DNA of 64,000 nucleotides from Yuukianura sp. NJ FZ-2021 (Eukaryota): NCBI GenBank assembly GCA_046563655.1, contig CM102285.1, positions 4,712,001 to 4,776,000 of the forward strand, read 5' to 3'. Shown piece by piece: positions 40,037 to 52,007 of this stretch (position 1 is its first letter; each line of letters starts with the position of its first letter). The notes under the pieces were generated by a model. It saw only the letters and a program-made list of their open reading frames with translations, ran no database searches and was not told where the DNA came from. The position numbers and the translations under genes were made by a program.

Positions 40037-42571
40037 TCATCTTGGCGGGAAATCCTGCGTGTAAACGACGCCAACTTCCTTCCGAATAGCGTCTCTTAAC
40101 TCCGCAATTAAGAGACTTTCCTCGTGACTAACAATCGGACTTTCCAATAACCCTGTAGAGAGGAATGCGAGAAAAAGAAATCAAAAGAAACAATTTTTTC
40201 ATGTTTTCACTAAAAACAGGAAGTTTCTTGGCATTTGTAGAATGAATTGATAAACTCGAACTCGTGGGTGGCTCGACATTCACCTCTTCCCTCTCATTCC
40301 TCATTCAATTCCTCAATTAACATAAAGTCAACATTCTTACACTCTCTTTCGGTTTAGACTCAGAATCCAAAAAAAAACAACATAAATTCTCTTGTCTCAT
40401 TCCTATTAAGATAAGATTACATCACATCCTGTATCCAAAGCATTCGTAAATGAGACTCAAAGTGTCGCGAAATTTTTTTCCTTAGGTATTTGTATCAGAA
40501 AATTTTAACCATGCATTTTTTCTTACCGTTTTTGATGCAGCGCCGCACTTCAATGCATTGGTAGGCAAGTCCTTCGGAATTCGGACGATTGACCTCCTTC
40601 GAGGTCACTGGAAGGTCATATTCGAATGTTTTGTTCGGGGTCACCAGCTTCGTAGGAGCCCAAAACGGTGCTCCAATCTGAAAAACAAAAGCTATGGATT
40701 TACTAGTATTTGATGCAGAAAATTGATTATTGCAGGAAGCCTTCTTGACTTTCCACGGTTTTGGAAAGTTTCCGCATTGGTTAAAGCATTTTCGCTTTGA
40801 GCTTGCATCAGACTACTCAGAATTACCGTAATTGTGCCTTTTGTGCCAACAATTGTGGCGTGGTTGGGCAATTCAACCTTGCAGTGGGTTTGGAGCGTCG
40901 CTGTCTTTCCGTTGTCGTAAATCAGCGTAGTGCTGGAACTCTCATCAATTTCAAACTCATTCAGATGCCCACCAGCAACCACTTTCACCGGACGCTTTCC
41001 TTGGAAAACTTGACAAGCGAGTTGTATGGTGTAACTCCCAATGTCCAGGATGCTTCCAGCGCAAACGGATTTATCCCAACTAGCCCACAGTTAAGCGTTT
41101 AAAAAAAAAGCTGGTTGTCAATTTGATGTGTACAATTAACATACGCTCTCCAATTTCCTGCGAAATTGTATCCAATTCCAGCCGTCACTTGATAAACTTC
41201 GCCTATCGTTCCGTTAGCAAGTTCATCTCTCAACTGTTCGTACGCCGGGAAGAAGCGCGTCCAGAAAGCCTGGAAAACAAGGAACCGCGATTTTGACAGA
41301 GTCAAAAATTCATCGTGACCTCTACAACATTCTTACTTCCATTACTGTCCCTCAATTCCTAACTTCATACCGTCTCTTTGAGCAATCGTGGGTGGTCCTT
41401 TTTCTCAAAAAATAAGACAACCCTTTCTTATCGCTTTTTCGAGCTCGTGCCTTCCTTTTTATCTGCAAAAATGTTGATTTTGCAAATGAGGTACCGTGAG
41501 GATCCCAGTGTAGAAGACCTGTGACTGTTATTTATTAATTCAAGAAGCGGAATTAACAAAAATGCGTGTAATTAAATTAAATTATTAAATTAAAAAAATT
41601 ACGTAATGCAGCAAAACAAATTATCAATTAAAATAAAATCTCAATACTTCCATAAAAATTTAAAAGTTAAAAACAATGAATATTTTCAAAAAAGTTTGAC
41701 AACTTCAAAATATTTCCACAACTCAATCACAAATTCAATAATTGTAAAAAAACCTGATATATACAAAAAATTCTTTTACTCTAAATGTTATTTTTTATGA
41801 GTTACGGTATTCCTTTTGCTGCATTACGTAATTTTTTTAATTTAATAAATTTAATTTAATTACACGCATTTTTGTTAATTCCGCTTCTTGAATTAATAAA
41901 TAACAGTCACAGGTCTTCTACACTGGGATCCTCACGGTACCTCATTTGCAAAATCAACATTTTTGCAGATAAAAACGAAGGCGCGAGCTCGAAAAAGCGA
42001 TAAGAAAGGGTTGTCTTGTTTTTTGAGAAAAAGGACCACCCACGATTGCTCAAAGAGACGGTATGAAGTTAGGAGTTGAGGGACAGTAGGAACAGCTTCC
42101 GTTCTCGAGCGAATTCAATCAGTTCTTTCGCTTCTCTAGCATTGACACACAAAGGCTTTTCACACAAAACGTGTTTTCCATTTCCCAGTGCCAATTTTCC
42201 TAAGGCAAGATGGGTGGGATGAACAGATCCAATGTAAACCACATCTAAGAAATGCATGAATTCCGAATAAAGTTTGGTAAAATTCGTCAATTCTAGAAAT
42301 TTTGTAAGTTATGACTATGAAGTTCCTTGACGTGAGCATTACCGATAGCATCGCTTTGTGTCAGCTCTTCGTAATTGTCAAAGACGAGGGGGATATTGTG
42401 TTCAGCAGCGAACTTCTGCGCATCCTCTCTTTTCCTGGCTGCAATTCCCACAAGCTCATGATCTGCTGGAGGCAGAATGGCCCGAAAAGATGTGACCCAG
42501 TCGTGCGACACTACTCCGGCGGAAAGGATTCCCCAACGCAACGGTGTGTCACTGCCTACTTCTTCCGCCAT
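40037..42571 (-). pseudogene. DHDH: Dihydrodiol dehydrogenase (Gfo/Idh/MocA) copy interrupted by a TIR element
   Basis: [50 protein letters not shown]. The insertion splits the codons FL|ME and introduces an in-frame stop. Confidence 0.85.
41345..42086. mobile_element. Foldback-type non-autonomous element, TA TSD, about 270-bp TIRs
   Basis: 41345-41616 is a near-perfect inverted copy of 41814-42086. Termini CTGTCCCTCA/TGAGGGACAG, with TA at 41343-41344 and 42087-42088. Confidence 0.93.
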
Positions 42572-43369
42572 TTGATTTTTGTTTGGTTTCAATGAGTCAA
42601 TGAAAAGAAAATTCGACAAATGTGACTTTCTTTTAAGCGTCCACCCATACATTTAAATTGCTACACAAACCTAAATGTGCCCAAATTCCAACCGCATAAA
42701 GCTCATTACAAGCGTGTTAATAAGTTTCAATTATTTTATAGGTCATTAGCCTTTGCTTAGGAGCAGATAAAACTCTACGTTTTTGATGATCCGAACAATT
42801 CACTCTCTCTGTGGACTCGAGCTAGCTAATTTGATTTAAAAAAAAACTACTTCGTTAATACTAATTAATTATATTGATTGTTATTTCACAGCTACTTAGT
42901 AACTATTTCAATTGCAACTTTCAATTGGCTGAAATACTTCCTCCACAAAACAAATATGATTTGTTGAATACCATTTGATTTGCAAAACTTTTTGAGTTCC
43001 CCAGCAAATCAGCTTTGAATTTGAGAATGGAGATTTTAAAATAGGATAAAAGGTATAACCGTAGGTAAATGGAAAACTGAGAGAAAGGAACCGGGAGTGG
43101 AGAAAGTAAATTCTGCGTTGCAGTGGAATTCTGTTGGGTAGCAAAATTGTCAAATTGTCTGAGTTAACCTTTCTCGAATACTAACACAAAATTCCCTGGC
43201 AAAGATGAGTTAAACTTTGTTATGAAACTAGCTTTTAAATTGCGGTTGTAAAAATTCTCCACACACTTTCAATGACGCTATCTCGGCATTTGGTAAAATT
43301 ATTTAATATGAATTTCTTTACGAGGTTGAATTAAAAAAAACAAAAGAATAGTTGTTAAAAAGTAATAAG

Positions 43370-45019
43370 TTAATTCTGGCTCTTAATCGTTTTGTAGATA
43401 GTTTTCAGTGTGTCTTCGGCATCATTTGACATGATATCCTGTCTTCCGGATAAAGCAAAGTTAAGCTCTCTTCCTCTTTTCGATGACGATCCAAAAATTA
43501 GATGGCCCGCAGTACGGTGTGCAATGATTTTGCCCAAGATATTTCGCAACTCTTCCAATGATCCTGTATTTTCAAAGTTGAAAATTTGGTTCTGCGCTTG
43601 TTGTGGGCTCATCACTGCAGCCAACGCTTGAAATCTAGGGTTCATTCCTGTCACTGCACAGCAATTATCAATTTGAAATGACTAAATTATTATTTAGAAT
43701 CATCTAATTTAAAGTTCCGTATTGAATTACCAGGCCAAATTGTTGGAATCACTGCATACACTTCTTTCCATTTCTCTTCACCGAGTTCTGCCTTCCACTT
43801 CTTCAGAACCGGAACAACTGCCTTCATCTGCAAGTCAGCAGCAATTCTGATGCTTTTGTCCAAATGTGGAAACATTTCTTCCGCATATTCCTCAAAGTCC
43901 TTCTCGCTCACCGTTCGAGGCGCTTGGAATTCGTCAGGCGAATTCGCCTGTGTGAGCCACTGAGAAATATACGAGGAAGTAATTTCCAGCATCCGTAAGC
44001 AGTCTGTGTACATCTCAGAAGGAAATTGGCCTGCAGCCAGGCGAGTGGCGATGATTGTACTGGTGACCTTGTCACCAAATGCTTTCAACTCCTGGTTCCA
44101 CCGAGGAGCATGTGACATTTGGAAGTAAGGAACGACTATTCCGAAAATAGCCAGGGGAATGTGAGACACTCCTTTCCTGATTTCGTATTCGACGTCAACT
44201 GGAGTGACAGATTGGACGGATCCATCTTCTAAGTAGAGCGCAAACGTGCCACCGACTCCCTTCAGGGCGTGATTGTTCTCGTTGTCAATGGCGACAATCA
44301 GCGGGTAAATGTTTTTACCTACATTATGTGCCATAGTTCTAATGATACTTGTTGCGTCAGCATTCAGTTCTCTAACACTAAGCAAAAAGTTCTTCTTTGC
44401 GTCTCCGCGATGGGCGGAGAGGCGGAGGTAGCTGTCTTTGGCTTCGTCGTAAAACATCAGCGCCTTTTCAAATTCTTCCCCACTTCTAACCGGCTCTAAC
44501 AATCTAAAAAAAAAATCAAAAACCGAAACAGAGTTTCTAGAATTTGACTTAGAAAAATTTTCAGTGAATGGCTCCAATACTGCTCTAGTTTGCCTGAATA
44601 TGGACAGCGGTCCGGAGGGATAAATGGTTCCTGTGTAGTCGTGCTCCCCGTATATTCTAAAATGCATTTACGACTTTGCTGTCCTGGGACCTGGCGACAA
44701 ACGTACGGAGCACAGCACAACATTGTGTCGGCAGCACTTTCCACTCCATCCTCTTCTGTTGTACATGATTCGTTTAAACGGAGACATTTTGGTTCCTGTT
44801 GAGGCTCAAATCCACTGATTTGGATCACACCCAAGCCGAGCAGAAGTCCTTCAATCAAAAATTAATTAATGGATCATAACAAGATGAATCAAGCCAAAGG
44901 AAAAAGTTCCTTTTACCGAGAACTAGAATTGTGAAGAGGCTAACTCCTAGTCCTGCGTAGAAAGCCATTTTCCAATTGCCTGGTGCAGTAGTGGCGGTAG
45001 ATGAGTGACACGGCAGCAT
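43370..45019 (-). CDS. Signal-anchored protein: knottin-like six-Cys module plus large uncharacterised domain, 4 exons
   Basis: Exons 45019-44917, 44848-44581, 44503-43731 and 43653-43370 splice in frame. A hydrophobic anchor is followed by a C-C-CC-C-C module and an approximately 350-aa globular domain. Confidence 0.75.
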
Positions 45020-46168
45020 CGGAGGGTTTTCTTGGGAAGCGACAATCAGCAGGATAGTGATGTTGATGACTCTGTTCACACATTCGGCACTTCGACATCT
45101 CCCGTCGCTCGCAATCTTTCAAGCTACAAACCTAAAATCAAAATTCGGAGACAGATGTTGGAATTTGCCAATTTTTTTCCTAGTACATCATTCAACTTAG
45201 ACATAAATTTGCGTAATGGGGTGTCATTCTAAAAGCAAATTGCGGATTTAATTTTAAATGCTAATTATATCTGTTATGTTGACTGACGTATTTCCTGGCG
45301 CAACAAACTTTCCTTATGCCGCAATGTTTGGAACATGGGGGTTCTATTAGAATGAGAATTACTTTCAAGAAAAATCGTGAAAGTATTGGCAATAATTGAC
45401 TTTCACAATTGGAAAACCAGAAAAGCTAGCTCGTTGGTGCTTGAACGCCAGCAAAAAGCAGATGACAGCAAGATGAATTAGTAAAATCGAATTTGTTGAC
45501 GAATGTTGATTTTGGTAGTTATAAGGGAAGGACGAGGCGTCATTCGTCAATTGAGTTGTGCAACTGGCGGCAATTTTATCTCAAAAGGCTTTCGCAAAAT
45601 AAGGTTGGAGTAACAAGAAATTACATAAATGTAAACAGCTTAAATTTTAAACTAATTACTAATAACGATTTGTTATGCAAGTGCTGCGTTTATACAACAA
45701 ACGCCGAAGTTTGGTTAAATTAAAAACCTCACAATCGCATGGTTAAGGTAAAAAATACCCACTCGAACAAAGTTAATTTGAACTTATTACTAGTGTAGTG
45801 AATATTACTAGTACAATACTTGTAAAGCTTCCTTTCATCAACCCAGGGGAAAAAAACATTACAACTTGTTTGCAGCAATAATTTAGATTTTCAAGTTTAT
45901 GTAGAAAGTAGCAAAACAGCGCTGCAGCGCTGCTGGTTTAGTTAACTAATTAACAGTAAAGTGGAAGTTCTTCCACAACTAATTAGTTATTATTGAATTA
46001 TTCCGTTCTCACAACTTGTGTGCTCAAATGAACGAGTGATTTGTCAGTGTCAGTGTAGATCTCCGTTTGATCAATCCCGATTTTATCGCTGCTTAAGCTT
46101 ATCTATGATCATCACCGTCAGTGCTTCTTAAACTAGGTCAAATTCGATTGAACCATCATCTGATTACA

Positions 46169-47005
46169 ATGGCTGTGTGTGTCGCTGTTATTGGAAAAGA
46201 CGTAAATTTCTCTTGTTACTTTGTTTGAGGTTCTGCATTAATTTAGATGCATCGGATGGTTTACATTACATTGTTTTTCATTTTTTTCATTTTATAGAAC
46301 GGGCCGTTGCTCGTACGATGTCGAACGGGTGATACTTCAGAGTCGGAATTACAGTATCACTACATCGTCAGCTCTGCGTTGGATATTGTGGAAGAACGGG
46401 TACAGACATCCAAGTCCTCACTTCCAGCTCCAGCTGTCCAGTCTACTGCTGAAGCTACTAGGGAACTCTATTTGGGGGCTCTCACTGCTCAAGAAGACTA
46501 CAAAGTGTGAGTGAAATCCTAAAGAATGAGTTTGTTAGCATTTTCAGCATTCTTTTTTTTCAATCGGTATTGAAATTTGGAATATTTAAGGGAGTACAAC
46601 GTTTTAATTGATGTTCTATTGACTGAAGGTATGGCTACATGACCAACACCCGGGTGAAGTTCATTATTGTCGTTGAGGAGTTTTCCATTCCTGTTCGAGA
46701 AAACGACATTCGAATGGTAAGTGTTATCAACTGAGTCTGTGAGAGATGGAATCGGAAATGCCATTTATTATTCGGTGTTATAATATAGATTGTTTGTTGA
46801 CGTTTTAAGATGTTTAGGAAGCTACATGGAGCCTTCTGTGACCTCATGTCCAACCCATTTGTCAATCCAGGATCACAAATCACATCTCCGTGAGTACAAG
46901 ATAAACCTCTTTGTCTGGAAATGCTAAAGATGTTTTTGCTTAAAAAGGTTTATTTATCTTAGGAGATTCTGTAAAGTGGTGGACTCCCTCCTGGTTAAAT
47001 CTTAA
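46169..47005 (+). CDS. TRAPPC2L: TRAPP complex subunit 2-like (sedlin family), 5 exons
   Basis: MAVCVAVIGKD, SALDIVEE, RELYLG, YGYMTNTRVKF, MFRKLH, NPF. Confidence 0.95.
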
Positions 47006-47092
47006 CAGACGTCCCGCAGCTAACATTAAGGCGAGTGGAATTGCTTAACACTCCTACCGTTACGTTATTCTCGAACACGAAACGATCAGTGT

Positions 47093-49055
47093 TTATGAGA
47101 ACATGCAGAATCTGCTATCAACTTCAGTCAGTTCATCAACCCTTAGCATTCCTTCATCAAAATCGCATAAATAAGAAGAATTTTTAAATGTGGTCCACAT
47201 AGATTCCAGTGTGGAGCCTTGAGTAACATAGCTGCTCATCTTCAAAAAAATAAGAGTTATTACTATTTTTTGTACTTGGTGATTTTTTGATTTGTAACTT
47301 ACCATATTGTGGATATCACACGGCGATTTTGCTTTGGTATAAGTGATCAACCTAGAGTTCCGCGGCCGAATGCCAAGTTCTCGAGTGAGAAGCCCCATAA
47401 CGTAGGCGTCGCTAGTGGAAGTTGAAAGCGAGTAGTTAATCATTTAGTGGCATGATGGCTTTAAGACCGTTCTAGAACGCTTACTCCATGTGTATGATGG
47501 GTGTAGTTAAGGAAGCGTGAAGCATGTGCTCTAATACGTCAGTCCGTACGAGATAGGCCACTCCACTCAAATATCCTGTGCATTACGTTATAATTAGATT
47601 TAGTTAGAAGTCCAATCGGTTGAATGGTGTGTGGATTACCGGCATAGTAGTCGGGAGCATACATGTATCGAGGTACGTAGTATTTCTTCATTAAACCTAC
47701 GTCCCGGATGGCCAAAGTTCCACAAAATGAAATCCCACTGCTCAAAAATTTAATGAATTTTAGTTTTGGATTTAAGTATTTTATAATGTAATGTATTTTT
47801 TCACATCATTTCTATTTCTGGATTAGTTTCTGCAATGCGTTTTGCCAGTGGAATATTGAGAAAGTAATCGTCGTCAGCCTTGAGAAGCCATTTCGGCATG
47901 TCAGCTCTGCTACTTTTGCAGTTTGTAACCACCCAGTTATACATGGACAAGTGACTCAAGGTCAGATTGTGATACGAATCTCCAAAATCAGCCTGCACAA
48001 TGTCATTGTGCTCAACGAACTCGGCATCAATTTTCAACTGCAAACTCAACAACCATTAGTACTTATATTCGGAAATCCTTCCTCTGAAAATCTTTGTACG
48101 TTCGAGAAAAAAACTTAAGTCTTACCTGTAGCTCCGATTCCTGGACAGTTCCAAACAAAAACACCATTTTGACACGATTGGCCTCCAGAAAACTGGCGTT
48201 TCCAAAAGTGTTTCTGATGGAATTTCGTTGCTTGAAATGCGTTGGAGCAGAACTGATGAACAGAAGCATTTCGACTTGGGGTGCACAGAAGTCAGTTTTA
48301 TTTGAAGGACTTTTGAGGTAAAGAGTCATCGTGGAGAATCTAATGTAGTCGGGTACGGACACCGAGACATTAGGTGGCCATGAGAACAATTCCGGATCGC
48401 TTTTGGACCATTTTGCTCTTGCAGCCACCGTCAATTCCTCTGCTGACCTTGTATCTTCTGGACAGAAACAGATTTGGGCCAAGTTCTTGGTAAGGGCTGA
48501 ATTGGAACAGTTTTGTGCAGTTGTTTTGTCCAGTCGCGTTGCGTTAAGTAATTGCAAGTCACTGGAATAGTAACGGTGCGTCGCATTTGGAAGTTTGCGA
48601 CTCAACTTCACAACGCTGCGAAATGGAATGGCGCCAGGCTGAATTTGAAACGTCACTTTGTACTGAATTGTGCCCTCATCAATTTTCTCCTCGTCGAATT
48701 CTGTCACAGAGAGTGGATTGGCCCACCATTTGGCACATCGAGTTCCTTCTAATCGCTGATTGACTTCTCTGACACTAAACACCACGAGTCTGCGCAGAAG
48801 CAGGAGAATGTCGGTACGCTTTTTGGATTCGAACACACTGCGCCCGTCGCTTACAACTGGCGACCAGAGGGCTAGGATCCACCTCGTCACGAATGAAGTT
48901 TTGGGAATGTCTGAACTTATTGTCGTATTGAGCAGGGTGGAAACTGAACTGGGGTTGGGAGGTTGTTCAGAAACTGGAAAAACGTAGAACTGGACACTGA
49001 CTAGCGCTACTACCACAATTACTAATCCAAGTTTTAAAACATGAGTTCTCCCCAT
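47093..49055 (-). CDS. GT31 beta-1,3-galactosyltransferase-like, copy A
   Basis: N-terminal anchor, FISSAPTHFKQRNSIRNTFG, DIVQADFGDSYHNLTL, KADDD, YLSGVAY, DDAYVMG. Confidence 0.88.
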
Positions 49056-49471
49056 TTGTTAAAATTTGTAAAATTCACAGTTAGTTCAGATATGAAAAAT
49101 GACAAGTCAATTGTTGTAAGGAGGAAATGACGATTCGAACTTGAAAAATATCCTTATGAGTAGCTTTCTCTTACCCCTTTGATTTCCAAGCGAAGGACAT
49201 TCGCAAGGTCACTCCCAAGGTCACTACCGTTTCAACATGTAGGATCATCTTCAAACGCCATTTGAACAAAACATCTTATTTTTAGACAACTTTGGTTTAA
49301 CAATGTAGTAAAGTGACAATAACGCCAACGAAGCCAATCAATTGGAGCAAAACTTTTTCAAACTGCATTGAAATTGGTGGTAACTTCGACCTTTGGCTTT
49401 AATATGAATATAGATTGACGACTTAACTGATTGTGTTTATGCAATCATTGTTCTTAATTTTTTTTTCCAGT

Positions 49472-51442
49472 TTAGATGTACAGACATGCTTCTGAATCGT
49501 CGTGGCTCATTTGACTGGCTTTGAGCATTTGGTCGTCCAAGTAGCAGTAACTGTCGTTTAGTTGCTGGAAATGGATCCACATCTCTTCCAAGGTGGAATT
49601 AGGAGCAATGTAACTGCTCATCTTCAACATTCAAAGGTCAAAGGTCACAAACAATGCAAAAAAAATATGTCATTTAAACTTACTTTGAGCTTGATGTCGC
49701 ATGGGTCGTCTCCTTTTCCGTAGCTGATCAACGTCGAATTCTGCGGTCGGATTCCGACTTCCCTGGTCAACAACCCTGTCACATAGGCGTCACTGCATAA
49801 ACCAAAAACCAATGGTCATATGCCTAGATTAAATAAGGTTAACCTAACCAATAGTCTTGTATAATACTGTTCACTTACTCCATGTGAATGATGGGAGTAG
49901 TGATGGATGCTTTGAGCAGTGGCTCCAGTACATCCGTACGAACAAGGTATGCAACACCGCTGACATATCCTGGAAATTTTTGTAATTTAATTTCAAAATT
50001 TTGATTTAAAAAAATATTCTCTATAAGTAATTAGGATTTTACCAGCATAGTAGTCTGGAGCGTACATGTAGCGAGGGGCATAGTACTTGTTCAAGGTCCG
50101 AACAGCTTTTGTTCCACAGAAAGGAGCTCCCCTATGCAGAAAACAGCTAAAAATTTGTCATTTTGCAAGAAAACTTGAATTAAAGTAAAGTTTTAAACTG
50201 TTTACATGATTTCCTTTTCCGGATTGGCAGCAGCAATGCGTCTCGCGAGAGGAATGTTGAGGAAAAAGTCATCGTCAGCTTTGAACAGCCACTGCGGCAT
50301 CGGAGCTCCACGACTGCGACAGTACGTGACGACCCAGTTGTACATGGACAAGTGACTCAAGGTCAAGTTATGGTACGAATCCACGAAATCAGCCTGCACA
50401 ATGTCGTTGAACTCTAGGAACTCTGCGGCGATTTTCAACTTCATACAATTTATTGACATTAAATAATGACCATTATATGTTATTTTAAGAATTTGATTTT
50501 AATGCATACCTGAGATTCCGTGTCCTGGATAACGCCAAACAGAAAAACCAGCCTTACAGCGTTGGCTTCCAGAAAACTAAAATTTCCAAACGTATTTCTG
50601 ATTGCTTGTCGTTGGCGGAAGTGAGAAGGAGCAGAGCTGATGAACAGCAACATTTTCACTTCGGGGCCACAAAATTCAGTTTTATCTGAAGGACTTTTGA
50701 GGTACAGATCCATCGTTGAGAATCGAATGTAGTCTGGGACGGACATTGGCGTGTTGGGTGGCCATGTTGAAAGCACCGGATCCGTCACATTCCAATCTTC
50801 TAGTCTCTCGGTTGTATAAGTATTGGCTTCGCTTAATTCTTCATCGCAAAGACATAGTCCTACTGCTTGCGGCGGAAGGAATGAATAGAAGCATGCTGGT
50901 TCCCACACTTCTTTGTCCAATCTCTCTGCTTCAACCAGAAACAATTCACTGGATGGGTATGGATTTGTGGCGTTTGGAAGTGGACGGGTCATGCGCACGA
51001 CGCTTCGAAACGGAATTCCGCCTGGTTCCACTTCAAACGTCAAATTGTAATGACTGGATTCTTGAGAAATCAAAGTTTGGTCGATTTGTGATATTGTTAG
51101 TGGATTTACCCACCACTTGGGACATGACGTTCCATTGAGACGCTGATTGACTTGTCTAACGCTGAACACGAGTAATCTTCGAGTAAGAAGCAGAATGTCT
51201 GTTGCTTGCTTGGATTCAAACACTGTTCGATCTTCATCTTTGACAACTGACCAGAGCGTCATGATCCACCTTGTGATAGTCATCGTGTTGGAATTGACGA
51301 CTGTTACATTGGACAGTATCGACGACGGTAAGGGCTTGGACACGGAGTAGAAATTATAAAAGCGATTGAAAACTAGGAACTGAACGGCCACAAAGAGTCC
51401 GAGGACACACACTACGCATACTTGCGCAACGGACTTACTCAT
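49472..51442 (-). CDS. GT31 beta-1,3-galactosyltransferase-like, copy B
   Basis: Same motifs and exon layout as copy A (DIVQADFVDSYHNLTL, KADDD, DAYVTG). Confidence 0.88.
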
Positions 51443-52007
51443 CCTCTGGAATTCGAAACACGAACTTTTAGATTTTTCGATACGAATAAACTTCTAAATG
51501 AACACAATGCCACACATGAACTCAGCGCTTAGAAAATTTTACACAGTTTTGAGTGTATTTTTTGTGACGCTGTTGTCTTTTTTTTTTCAAAAACAAATTG
51601 AAGTTTAGGGAATAACTTTCTTTGAGATGAGCTGAAGATGAACTGAATCAGATAATACTACTGTTGTGCAATTGGGATAAGATGTTTTCCACGCTTGAAG
51701 AATTGTTTGACGTGTTTTGGTAAGTGTGCAATCAACGACAAATAATCCAAAGCAATCAATCTTTACAGTTTGTTTCTGCTCCGATTGTTTTGTTCTTCCG
51801 TTACAAAGAAAAGTGTCCATGGTAGCATTAACGTTCGAAGCTTGTTATGACCAATTCTTCAATGATTTGTACTAAAACCGTGTTTTTTTAAAATAATTTT
51901 TTAACTATACTAAAGAAGAGGTGGTAAAAAACTGAATTTTTATTTAAGTTTGACTGGAATAAATAAGAAGCTCCGTTAAATTTCTACACTCGAGTGGAAG
52001 TTAAGTC

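Noticed and set aside
41345..42086. Element acting as a clean introner in DHDH
   Set aside because: Splicing from the element's terminal GT to its own AG or to the next natural acceptor shifts the frame, and a stop occurs five codons into the element.
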